From: Candidatus Falkowbacteria bacterium
GTDB taxonomy: Bacteria; Patescibacteriota; Patescibacteriia; Patescibacteriales; GWE2-39-37
Assembly (NCBI GenBank): GCA_037137775.1
Contig: JBAXJQ010000004.1
Span: 1-58,938, forward strand
DNA: 58,938 bases
Direction: 5' to 3'
Shown piece after piece: positions 28,052-36,746 of this stretch. The translations under genes were made by a program, and so were the position numbers. Each line of letters opens with the position of its first letter. Within the stretch, counting starts at the first letter, position 1. Under the pieces are notes generated by a model. The model was not told where the DNA came from. It searched no databases and worked only from the letters and a program-made list of their open reading frames with translations.

Positions 28052-28669
28052 ATGAGCGAAACCGAAAAACAAGTTAATGCCAAACCAGCAACCGGTGCTC
28101 CTGCTCGACCAGGTGGCCGTAGTAGCGCGGCGGGCAAGGGTGGTCGCAAACAAGCTCCACGCGGCAAACGAGACGAGCCAGTTGATGAATTTGAACAAAA
28201 AATCGTTGACCTAGCTCGTGTTACTCGTGTGATGGCTGGTGGAAAGAGAATGCGTTTCAGGGCTTGCGTTGCTGTTGGCAATCGTCAGGGCAAAGTTGGT
28301 ATCGGTTTGGCTAAAGGGTTGGATGTTACTGCTGCAATTTCCAAAGCTGCCACACAGGCTAAAAAAGCAATGGTTGATGTACCAATTGTGAACGACACCA
28401 TTCCTCATCAGATTAAATTCAAGAGTGGTGCAGCTGAAGTATTGTTTAAGCCAGCTGCTCGTGGCCGTGGTATTATTGCCGGTGGAGCAGTGCGTATGGT
28501 TTTGGAATTAGCCGGTATTAAAAATATTACCAGCAAGACGTTGGGCACCAATAATAAGGTAAATAACGCTAAGTGTGTTATTGAGGCTTTGGCTAGCTTG
28601 AAACGTCCGGTAAAAAAGGTTAGAATGGAGAGTGTAAAGACCGAGGCTCCAGTAATTGAAAACGCCTAA
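28052..28669 (+). CDS. rpsE: 30S ribosomal protein uS5
   Basis: RVTRVMAGGKR, GIIAGGAVR. Confidence 0.98.
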   Translation: MSETEKQVNAKPATGAPARPGGRSSAAGKGGRKQAPRGKRDEPVDEFEQKIVDLARVTRVMAGGKRMRFRACVAVGNRQGKVGIGLAKGLDVTAAISKAATQAKKAMVDVPIVNDTIPHQIKFKSGAAEVLFKPAARGRGIIAGGAVRMVLELAGIKNITSKTLGTNNKVNNAKCVIEALASLKRPVKKVRMESVKTEAPVIENA

Positions 28670-28692
28670 ACGGGTATTAATTTATAATCGTT

Positions 28693-29133
28693 ATGTTATC
28701 ACTAAATAGTTTAAGACCAGCTAAGGGCTCGATTAAAAATCGCAAACGTGTCGGTCGCGGTAACGCCTCTGGCCACGGTACCTATGCTACTCGCGGTTTG
28801 AAAGGTCAAAAATCCCGTTCCGGTGTTAGCGGTTTGAAGCGCTTGGGTATGCGTCCCATGCTTTTGAGCTTGCCAAAGAAGCGTGGTTTTACCTCGTTGC
28901 AAGCCAAGGCTCAGGTGGTCAATTTGCGCCAGCTTAACGGCAAATTTAAAGACGGTGCAACCATCTCACCAAAATCATTGGCCCATAAAGGCTTAGTTGA
29001 AGATGCCAGCAAGACTATTAAATTGCTCGGCCAAGGTGAATTGAAATTGAATAATTTGAGCATAGTTAAGATTGACGTTAGCGAAAGCGCAAAGGCCCAA
29101 ATTGAAAAATTAGGCGGCAAAATTAGCGCATAA
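28693..29133 (+). CDS. rplO: 50S ribosomal protein uL15
   Basis: RVGRGNASGHG, RGLKGQKSRSG, LPKKRGF. Confidence 0.98.
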   Translation: MLSLNSLRPAKGSIKNRKRVGRGNASGHGTYATRGLKGQKSRSGVSGLKRLGMRPMLLSLPKKRGFTSLQAKAQVVNLRQLNGKFKDGATISPKSLAHKGLVEDASKTIKLLGQGELKLNNLSIVKIDVSESAKAQIEKLGGKISA

Positions 29134-29147
29134 ATTTCCCATATCCC

Positions 29148-30422
29148 ATGATGGAAAAATTAGCCCAAATCTGGAAAGCCAAAGACCTGCGCCAAAGCAT
29201 TATATATGTTTTGGCCATGTTGGTTATTTTTCGTATTGTCGCTCACATTCCAATTCCCGGTGTAAATGTCTCCGAGCTTGGTTCTTTTTTGAAAGACAAC
29301 CAAGTGCTTGGTCTATTGAATCTTTTTTCCGGTGGCGGCATTGAAACGTTTTCTATCGTCATGATGAGCGTTGGTCCATACATTACTGCTTCAATTATTT
29401 TTCAATTGTTAGGTATGATTGTGCCTGCGCTTGAAGAAATGAACAAAGAAGAATCTGGACGTCAGAAAATTAACATGTGGACTCGTTGGCTAACCGTACC
29501 GATGGCCATGTTGCAATCCTATGGCATGATCACAATCTTACAGCGCACTGGTCGTGGGATTATTACATCTATCACCCCTTTCGACATGATTTTAATGATC
29601 ATCTCCATTACGGCAGGTACCGTCTTTGTGATGTGGCTTGGAGAATTGATTAGCGAGAAAAAAATCGGCAATGGCATTTCCTTGTTGATCTTTGCCGGTA
29701 TCGTGGCACGTATTCCAAATACCATTCAATCAGTTATCTTATCTTATGATCCGTCAAAATTACAGATGATTATTGGTTTTTCTTTAATTGCTATTATCAC
29801 TATTGTGGCAGTAGTAATTATTTCCGAGGGTCAACGCAATGTCCCGGTACAATATGCTAAACAAATACGGGGTAATCGAATGTATGGCGGTTCCAATAGT
29901 CATTTGCCATTACGGGTTAATATGGCTGGTGTGATTCCAATCATCTTTGCAGTTTCCGTTGCCATGTTTCCTCCATTGATTGCCCAATTCTTTTTGAACG
30001 CCAAAAGTGCAGCCTTGGTTAAGGCAGCCACTTGGGTGGTTGATTTATTCCAAAACAATCAATTATTTTACGGGGTGCTCTATTTCGTCTTAGTCTTTGC
30101 CTTTACCTTTTTCTACACCGAAGTTGTTTTTCATCCCGCTCAGATTGCAGAAAACTTGCAAAAGCAGGGTGGTTTTATTCCTGGCATCCGACCAGGTCGT
30201 CATACCGCTGAATATTTAGCCTATACTACCTATAAAATTATGCTAGCTGGCGCCTTATTTTTAAGTCTTATTGCCATCTTGCCTTTGATTTTAAAGTATT
30301 TTACCGGTAATCAATCCTTAGCTATTGGCGGTACTAGTTTATTAATCGTGGTTTCGGTGGTGATTGAAACGGTTAAGCAGATTGAATCCCAGCTAACCAT
30401 GCGCCAATACGACGGCTTGTAA
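29148..30422 (+). CDS. secY: Preprotein translocase SecY
   Basis: PYITASII, GNGISLLIF, AGVIPIIFA, IPGIRPG, GGTSLLIVV. Confidence 0.99.
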   Translation: MMEKLAQIWKAKDLRQSIIYVLAMLVIFRIVAHIPIPGVNVSELGSFLKDNQVLGLLNLFSGGGIETFSIVMMSVGPYITASIIFQLLGMIVPALEEMNKEESGRQKINMWTRWLTVPMAMLQSYGMITILQRTGRGIITSITPFDMILMIISITAGTVFVMWLGELISEKKIGNGISLLIFAGIVARIPNTIQSVILSYDPSKLQMIIGFSLIAIITIVAVVIISEGQRNVPVQYAKQIRGNRMYGGSNSHLPLRVNMAGVIPIIFAVSVAMFPPLIAQFFLNAKSAALVKAATWVVDLFQNNQLFYGVLYFVLVFAFTFFYTEVVFHPAQIAENLQKQGGFIPGIRPGRHTAEYLAYTTYKIMLAGALFLSLIAILPLILKYFTGNQSLAIGGTSLLIVVSVVIETVKQIESQLTMRQYDGL

Positions 30423-30445
30423 ATAAAGATATCATTTGAGATAAT

Positions 30446-30469
30446 AAAAGCCGCTTGACAGCGGTTTTT
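30446..30469 (+). terminator. Terminator after secY
   Basis: AAAAGCCGCT-TGAC-AGCGGTTTTT. Confidence 0.7.
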
Positions 30470-30516
30470 GTATTATGAGCGAATAGTGATATAATAAAGC
30501 ATAGTTAAAATATTAT

Positions 30517-31248
30517 ATGGCCCTACAAACAATATCATCAGGGAGTAATTCTGGAGGGATTGGTCGTAATCGGGTAACGCCGATCGGGCGAATGAGCACT
30601 GAAAAATTACGCAAAAACACTGAGATAATAAGAAGTGCGCCTTGGAAGGTGAAGCATTATAGAGAAATCGCTGGTAATATTAAGCAGGGTATTGAAAAAG
30701 CGCGGGAATTATTTAAACAAGGCAAGCATTCAGAGGCGGAAAAGGTCCATAACGAAAAAATTCAGAAAGCGATTAAGGCAAAACATTTTAGCATTACCGA
30801 TAAGTTTATCAGTGATGTAATTGTCGAACAAAGCGGATATAACTCTTCGCGAATTAAATTAAAAAAAGATTTACATAATCTCGGCTTAAAAAAAACAGAA
30901 CATGCCAATATAATTATAGGTATTGCCGAGAACGATGCTAAAAAAATTTATACTCCAGAAGAATTACATAAGTTTAACCGTGTAAACGAACGAAGTCGGA
31001 ACGACAGAATTAAAAGCGGTCAAGAAGTTGCCAGAGAGCTCGATAAGTCTTATAAAGGGCAAATCTCGGTTATGTCATCACATGGTGCAACTGGTGTTAC
31101 GGAAAGTCAATTACAACAGCAAGCTACTGGGTTAAGTTCCGCGCCGACAGGAGTGGCGGAAGTAGGTACTACCATAATGCCAACCGCAGAAAAGCCGATA
31201 GAAGATAGCACGTCCCCAAAAAGCCCTATTGCACCGTTTTCATTATAG
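30517..31248 (+). CDS. Hypothetical basic protein inserted between secY and adk
   Basis: 243-aa ORF preceded by TG-A-TATAAT extended -10. No recognisable motif. Confidence 0.7.
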   Translation: MALQTISSGSNSGGIGRNRVTPIGRMSTEKLRKNTEIIRSAPWKVKHYREIAGNIKQGIEKARELFKQGKHSEAEKVHNEKIQKAIKAKHFSITDKFISDVIVEQSGYNSSRIKLKKDLHNLGLKKTEHANIIIGIAENDAKKIYTPEELHKFNRVNERSRNDRIKSGQEVARELDKSYKGQISVMSSHGATGVTESQLQQQATGLSSAPTGVAEVGTTIMPTAEKPIEDSTSPKSPIAPFSL

Positions 31249-31265
31249 TTAATAATTTTTTCTTT

Positions 31266-31916
31266 ATGCCAAACTATTATATTTTTTTTGGTGCGCCTGG
31301 CTCTGGTAAAGGCACTCAGGTGGTGCAATTGGCCGAACGATTGTTGTTGCCAGTAATTTCAACGGGCGATTTATTGCGGCAAGAAACTGAAGCAGGTAGT
31401 GATTTAGGTAAACGTGTACAAGCGGTGATGGCCTCCGGTCAGCTGGTGGATGATCAGACCGTGGCAGAATTGGTGCGTAATCGATTACTTTTACCTGACG
31501 CTGTCAGTGGGGCGATTTTTGATGGATACCCCCGACGCTTAAGTCAGCAGGAGTATCTTTTGGCTATTATTTCGCCGTTGGTCGGTACAGGTAAAATCGT
31601 GCCGATATTAATTGATGTTAGCGACACAGAAGTGGAATCACGATTAAGTGGACGTCGAGCCTGCTTGTGTGGTGCAACGTATCATCTGAAGTATAAAGTG
31701 CCACAACAAGAAAATATTTGTGATATCTGTGGTCAAACGTTGTTTCAACGAGAAGATGATAAGCCAGAGGTAATTAATGAACGTTTACAGGTGTATCATG
31801 AGCAAGTCGAGCCAGTTTTGACCTATTGGCGAGATCAGAATAAGTTAATAACGATAAATGGTGAACAGCCGATTGATTCCGTTACCAGGGAGTTGTTTGG
31901 CAAAATTGAACAATAA
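31266..31916 (+). CDS. adk: Adenylate kinase
   Basis: GAPGSGKGT, STGDLLR, DGYPR, Cys-containing LID, QREDD. Confidence 0.96.
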   Translation: MPNYYIFFGAPGSGKGTQVVQLAERLLLPVISTGDLLRQETEAGSDLGKRVQAVMASGQLVDDQTVAELVRNRLLLPDAVSGAIFDGYPRRLSQQEYLLAIISPLVGTGKIVPILIDVSDTEVESRLSGRRACLCGATYHLKYKVPQQENICDICGQTLFQREDDKPEVINERLQVYHEQVEPVLTYWRDQNKLITINGEQPIDSVTRELFGKIEQ

Positions 31917-31925
31917 ATTATTTTT

Positions 31926-32702
31926 ATGATTCGCATAAAAAGTAATAATGAAATTGCACTATTACGAGAAGGTGGCAAACGCCTCGCCTCGGTATTACGA
32001 ACGGTAGCCGCAAAAGTGGCTGATGGTGCTGGTACAGTTGATTTAGAAAATTTAGCTTGTGCGTTAATCGAGCAAGCAGGTGGACGACCTTCATTTAAGC
32101 TCTATCGCCCCTCATCCGATAGCCAGCCCTTTCCAACTGCGCTGTGCATCTCAATTAATAATCAAGTGGTGCATGGACCGGCTACGCCTAATCGGATAAT
32201 CAAGAACGGTGATATCGTTAGTATTGATGTGGGCATGGAATATCCGGCTAAAAATGGCTTATTTACCGACATGGCCACCACGGTTGCGGTGGGTAAAGTG
32301 AGTAAAGAGGCACGCACACTGATAAAAGTAACGCAAAAATCTTTGGAATTAATGATTAAAAAAGTGCGAGCAGACGTCACCCTGTTTGATTTGGGTAAAA
32401 CAGTCGAAGATTACGTCGAAAGCTATGGTTTTGCGGTGGTGCGCGATTTGGTTGGTCATGGAGTGGGTTACGGGGTGCATGAAGAACCGCAAATTCCCAA
32501 CTTTGCTCAAGCGAGCAGTAAACAAATTATATTAAAGCCAGGCATGGTAATTGCCTTAGAACCGATGGTAAATTTGGGTAGCTTTCGCATAGTCACCGAT
32601 CGTGATGGATTTACGATTCGTACAGCCGACAATAGTTTAAGTGCCCATTTTGAGCATACTATTGCCGTGACTGAACATGGGTATATTATATTAACCGCAT
32701 AA
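31926..32702 (+). CDS. map: Type I methionine aminopeptidase
   Basis: CISINNQVVHG, GHGVG, HEEP, EPM, SAHFEHT. Confidence 0.97.
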   Translation: MIRIKSNNEIALLREGGKRLASVLRTVAAKVADGAGTVDLENLACALIEQAGGRPSFKLYRPSSDSQPFPTALCISINNQVVHGPATPNRIIKNGDIVSIDVGMEYPAKNGLFTDMATTVAVGKVSKEARTLIKVTQKSLELMIKKVRADVTLFDLGKTVEDYVESYGFAVVRDLVGHGVGYGVHEEPQIPNFAQASSKQIILKPGMVIALEPMVNLGSFRIVTDRDGFTIRTADNSLSAHFEHTIAVTEHGYIILTA

Positions 32703-32706
32703 TTTT

Positions 32707-33126
32707 GTGAAGCAATACTTAGGTATCGACTATGGCACGAAACGTATCGGTTTGGCCTTGGGGGATGATTTAACCAAGGTGGTAACGCCTTTTGGCGTGG
32801 TTTCATCGATTGCGGACATCGTTGATGTGCTCGAACGCGAGCCAGTCGATCAAATTGTGGTTGGGTTGCCTAAATCAATGCACGGCGAATCTGGTGCTAT
32901 GCAAGCTCAAGTTGAGCAATTTGTGTGTGAGCTTGGTTTGGCCACTGGCGTGCCAATTGATGTCATTGACGAGCGGCTTTCTAGTAAGGCAGGTGATGCT
33001 TTGGGCAAGACCAAGGATAGTGTTCAAAAAAAAATGCGCCAGGCCAAGGCTTCGCGCGACGCCATTGCAGCGATGCTAATTTTACAAAGTTATTTAGATC
33101 GACAGTCCTATGGAGGAAACGTATAA
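32707..33126 (+). CDS. ruvX: Holliday junction resolvase-like RuvX/YqgF
   Basis: LGIDYGTKRIGLA, VVGLP, DERLSS, DAIAAMLILQSYL. Confidence 0.93.
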   Translation: MKQYLGIDYGTKRIGLALGDDLTKVVTPFGVVSSIADIVDVLEREPVDQIVVGLPKSMHGESGAMQAQVEQFVCELGLATGVPIDVIDERLSSKAGDALGKTKDSVQKKMRQAKASRDAIAAMLILQSYLDRQSYGGNV

Positions 33127-33814
33127 TATTGATGCGATAATAACCAGACGATTACCGTTTCGAGAGCATGATCTACAACTTACCGTCTATAGCGCAGAGC
33201 GAGGCAGGCAGGTATTAGTCGCTCGTGGGGCGCGCAAGTTTCAATCCAAGATAGCAGCTCATGTCGAACCGTTTAACCGAATCCAGGGCTTAGTAGTTCG
33301 AGGCAAGGGCTTTGATTATTTGGGCAGTGCGATTAGTCTTAGTGGTCGTGCTCAATTAAAAAACGACATTGATCGGCTTTTTTTAGTCGGCGAGGCGGTG
33401 CGTTTATTTAATCAGGTGGTTACCGAAGCGGAAACAGAAGTGGTTTTGTTTGAACTTTTGGATCAGTATCTACAGCTAAACAGTTATGAAACCTTAATCG
33501 CGCCAGACTTGCTTTTTTCTGTTTTTTTAGGTAAGTTATTGTTTCACCTTGGGTATGCGACAGAATTGTATTCTTGTACTCAATGTCAAAAGCCGTTAAC
33601 ATCAAGTGATAATAAAATAATATCCAGTCGTCGCGGTGTTGTGTGTAATGTGTGCCAACCGGTTAAAACCAGTTTAAGCATCAGCGATACCTGTATTAAG
33701 TTGTGGCGTTTGGTTATTACCCAAGAGTTTAGCTATTTTAAAAATATTATTACCGAACAATCGGTAATTGACGAACTTTGTAGCACCATTCGGGCGGCGT
33801 ATCACTACCTATGA
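33110..33814 (+). CDS. recO: DNA repair protein RecO
   Basis: REHDLQLTVYS..RG..VARGARK, Zn finger CTQC...CNVC. Confidence 0.9.
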   Translation: MEETYNIDAIITRRLPFREHDLQLTVYSAERGRQVLVARGARKFQSKIAAHVEPFNRIQGLVVRGKGFDYLGSAISLSGRAQLKNDIDRLFLVGEAVRLFNQVVTEAETEVVLFELLDQYLQLNSYETLIAPDLLFSVFLGKLLFHLGYATELYSCTQCQKPLTSSDNKIISSRRGVVCNVCQPVKTSLSISDTCIKLWRLVITQEFSYFKNIITEQSVIDELCSTIRAAYHYL

Positions 33815-33824
33815 GGAGGCAGTC

Positions 33825-33914
33825 ATGAACAAAACTCAAAATGTATCTGGGCCAACTTTTCGGGCTGAATCAAGACAACCCGACGTAAAAGGAGAAAAGA
33901 TCGATGGTAAATAA
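33825..33914 (+). CDS. Possible 29-aa peptide
   Basis: GAGGAGG SD then MNKTQNVSGPTFRAESRQPDVKGEKIDGK. Confidence 0.3.
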   Translation: MNKTQNVSGPTFRAESRQPDVKGEKIDGK

Positions 33915-34092
33915 CACACAAGCAGTTCAACCAGGAGCAGGGCCACCGTATACGGTGTTTCATTCCGAAGGACAATCAATACCTTTTATGATATTTTCGG
34001 TAGCCAAAGGTTGGGCCGATTGTGTCGACAATCCACAGATTTTTGATTGTAAAAAGGTCTTGGTTTATCCGCTATCCGTAGCCAGAAAATAA
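33904..34092 (+). CDS. Possible 62-aa hypothetical protein
   Basis: AAAGGAG SD, followed by hairpin 34105-34129. Confidence 0.4.
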   Translation: MVNNTQAVQPGAGPPYTVFHSEGQSIPFMIFSVAKGWADCVDNPQIFDCKKVLVYPLSVARK

Positions 34093-34104
34093 TGGCACCA
34101 AACG

Positions 34105-34129
34105 AAGCCGGCTCACCTAGAGCCGGCTT
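34105..34129 (+). terminator. Terminator-like hairpin
   Basis: AAGCCGGCTC-ACCTA-GAGCCGGCTT with a weak U-tract. Confidence 0.55.
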
Positions 34130-34169
34130 GATTCTTGACTAAACGATATTATCGGGGTAAGATATATTT

Positions 34170-34431
34170 GCTTGACAAAAAAATAAACAAAAATCGCTTG
34201 TTAATGTTTAATATTAGCAAAATATTTCGGCAAACACCGAAAGAGATGCGGGAAGAAAGTCTGGTTAGGGTGGTATAAGTCCACCCAAGGCGGACAAGTA
34301 GAACCCGACGTTGGCTCACGTTACGAGCAATAAAGAGTGTCCGCCCAAGGCGGAAACTAAGGTGGTACCACGGAGACAACTCTTCGTCCTTAGATACGAT
34401 TTTTTCGTATTTAGAGATGAGGAGTTTTTTT
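34170..34431 (+). promoter_or_regulatory. T-box riboswitch leader of aspS
   Basis: T-box AAGGTGGTACCACGG (34359-34373) pairing with CGTCCTT as antiterminator. Long terminator ending GAGGAGTTTTTTT. Upstream promoter TTGACT-17-TAAGAT (34135-34163). Confidence 0.85.
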
Positions 34432-34450
34432 ATTTATACTAAAAAATAAT

Positions 34451-36244
34451 ATGTTACGAACACACACTTGCGGCGAACTCGGCCGTGAACAAATTGGCGA
34501 AACCGTTACGATCACCGGTTGGGTGCATCGACGTCGAGATCATGGCGGCATTATCTTTATTGATCTGCGTGACCGCTATGGCATTACGCAAATCAAGTTT
34601 GACAACTCGACTGATGCAGACAAATTACGTAGTGAGTGGGTGATTAAAGTTGTGGGCAAAGTGGCTGCTCGCCCAAATGAGATGGTTAATGAAAAATTAG
34701 CCACCGGCGCAATTGAAGTCGAGTGCGTAGAACTGACCATTCTTTCTGAGGCCAAACCTTTACCTTTTGAGATTAGTGATGAAAAAACTGGCGAAACCGG
34801 TGAAGCGATTCGTTTGAAATATCGTTTTTTAGATTTGCGACGGAAAAAAATTCAAGATATGTTAGCCACCAAAGCGAGGTTTTTTGCGCATATCCGAAAA
34901 TATTTCAATGATCGTGATTTTATCGATGTGCAAACACCGATTTTGGCTAACTCTTCACCGGAAGGTGCTCGTGATTTTTTAGTGCCGTCACGTTTATATC
35001 CGGGCAAGTTTTATGCCTTACCACAAGCGCCCCAGCAGTTCAAACAATTGCTGATGGTTGGTGGCCTCGATCGATATTTCCAGATTGCGCCATGCTTCCG
35101 CGATGAAGATCCGCGCATGGATCGCGCTTATGGTGAATTTTATCAGTTGGATATGGAAATGAGTTTTGTTGAGCAAGAAGATATTTTTGCCATTATGGAA
35201 CCATTGATGTTGGAATTGAACGAATCATTTAGCACAAAAGAAGTTATTGGATTGGAGGCCGACGGACGGTTTAAGCAACTTTCATGGAAAGAGGCTATGA
35301 ATAAATACGGGATTGATAAACCAGACTTGCGTTTTGATCTCGAAATCAAACCCGTAACAGAATTAGTTATAGACTGTGGCTTTTCAGTTTTCACTGAAGC
35401 AATTAAAAATGGCGGCGTGGTGCATGCCTTAAAAATTGACGGTGGTGCAAAATTTAGTCGTAAAGAGATTGACGAGCTAACTGAAATCGCCCGAAAAAAA
35501 GGCGCCAAAGGTTTAGCGTATATTTCTTTAAAAGAAGGTGAGATCAGTTCGCCGATAATTAAATTTTTGGGCGACGAGTTAACCAAGGAAATAATTACAT
35601 CTGTTGAAGCCAAAGATGGTGACATTATTTTCTTTGCCGCCGATATCTGGCGCACGGTCTGCGATGTTTTGGGTGCGGTTCGAAATGAATGCGCAACAAG
35701 ACTGGGTTTAAAAGACAACACTAAGGCAGCGTGGTGTTGGGTTAAAGATTTTCCAATGTATGATATTTCTGAAATCGAAGAGGGCAGGGTGGATTTTGGG
35801 CACAACCCATTCTCTATGCCACAAGGTGGTATGCAGGCTTTAATGGAGCAACATCCAATGGAGATTTTAGCCTATCAATACGATATGATTTTAAATGGGT
35901 TTGAGGTTTCCAGTGGAGCGATTAGAAATCACGACCCAAAAATTATGTATAAGGCTTTTGAAATCGCTGGCTATACCAAAGAAGAAGTTGACACTCGGTT
36001 TGGTGGCATGATCAAGGCCTTCCAGTTTGGCGCACCACCACATGGTGGCAACGCACCAGGCGTTGATCGTATTTTGATGGTGTTAAATGATTGGGACTCG
36101 ATTCGCGATATGTACGCCTTTCCGAAAGATGGTCAGGGTCGTGATGTGATGATGGACAGCCCCAGCGAAGTGGGTGAGCGACAGCTTAAAGAATTGTACA
36201 TCAAAACAAACTTACCGCCCAAGGCAGATAAGAAAATTGATTAA
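34451..36244 (+). CDS. aspS: Aspartate--tRNA ligase
   Basis: RTHTCGEL, RRDHGG..FIDLRD, LPQAPQQFKQ, CFRDED, GAPPHGG. Confidence 0.98.
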   Translation: MLRTHTCGELGREQIGETVTITGWVHRRRDHGGIIFIDLRDRYGITQIKFDNSTDADKLRSEWVIKVVGKVAARPNEMVNEKLATGAIEVECVELTILSEAKPLPFEISDEKTGETGEAIRLKYRFLDLRRKKIQDMLATKARFFAHIRKYFNDRDFIDVQTPILANSSPEGARDFLVPSRLYPGKFYALPQAPQQFKQLLMVGGLDRYFQIAPCFRDEDPRMDRAYGEFYQLDMEMSFVEQEDIFAIMEPLMLELNESFSTKEVIGLEADGRFKQLSWKEAMNKYGIDKPDLRFDLEIKPVTELVIDCGFSVFTEAIKNGGVVHALKIDGGAKFSRKEIDELTEIARKKGAKGLAYISLKEGEISSPIIKFLGDELTKEIITSVEAKDGDIIFFAADIWRTVCDVLGAVRNECATRLGLKDNTKAAWCWVKDFPMYDISEIEEGRVDFGHNPFSMPQGGMQALMEQHPMEILAYQYDMILNGFEVSSGAIRNHDPKIMYKAFEIAGYTKEEVDTRFGGMIKAFQFGAPPHGGNAPGVDRILMVLNDWDSIRDMYAFPKDGQGRDVMMDSPSEVGERQLKELYIKTNLPPKADKKID

Positions 36245-36277
36245 AAGTGGGTAGAAAATAGGTTTTGGCCGGAAAGA

Positions 36278-36305
36278 GGGGCCCTGTGCGGAAGCATAGG
36301 GCCCC
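36278..36305. terminator. GC-rich hairpin between convergent genes
   Basis: GGGGCCCTGTGC-GGAA-GCATAGGGCCCC. Confidence 0.6.
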
Positions 36306-36327
36306 GTGGGTTTTTGTGGAGGAAGCC

Positions 36328-36537
36328 TCACAGTTTAAGCGAGTGTGGCCATCTCCGATGTTTAGCTTTTTGCAGTGTGTCTGTCGAAGTTTCCTGTATT
36401 AGCGCGTCATTGTCGGCACGCGGGTTTACAGGAAAATTTTGCATTTCAACAGCTACTACAGGTTTTTCCGGCTCTAAGGTGGGAGGGGTGGATAAGACTC
36501 GCTTTTTAGAAAAGCAAGGTCCTAGCAATTTTTTCAT
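36328..36537 (-). CDS. Small hypothetical protein (69 aa)
   Basis: AAGGAGG SD 6 nt before ATG, converging on the hairpin after aspS. Confidence 0.5.
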   Translation of the reverse strand: MKKLLGPCFSKKRVLSTPPTLEPEKPVVAVEMQNFPVNPRADNDALIQETSTDTLQKAKHRRWPHSLKL

Positions 36538-36746
36538 GAGTGGCCTCCTTGGAGTGGTGTGATAAATTTTATAAAATATAGCACAAAGTTGATATTTTGT
36601 CTATAGTAGTAGTAATTAGGAGGAATAAATAATACTTTTTTAGCTAAAATTAAACAAAAAGTAATGTTTACATTTTGAATAATTCTGTTAAAATTAATAG
36701 ACACAGATAATTAATATCTGTTGAAAAATAACTTATCAACACTCAT

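Noticed and set aside
34279..34355. CRISPR array
   Set aside because: Only two 17-nt units inside a T-box leader, and no cas genes.
14108..36244. Numerous 60-220 aa antisense or alternate-frame ORFs over ribosomal genes, fusA, tuf and aspS (e.g. 35143-35805, 21389-21901)
   Set aside because: They lie wholly or largely within highly conserved genes and have no motifs, as expected for shadow ORFs.
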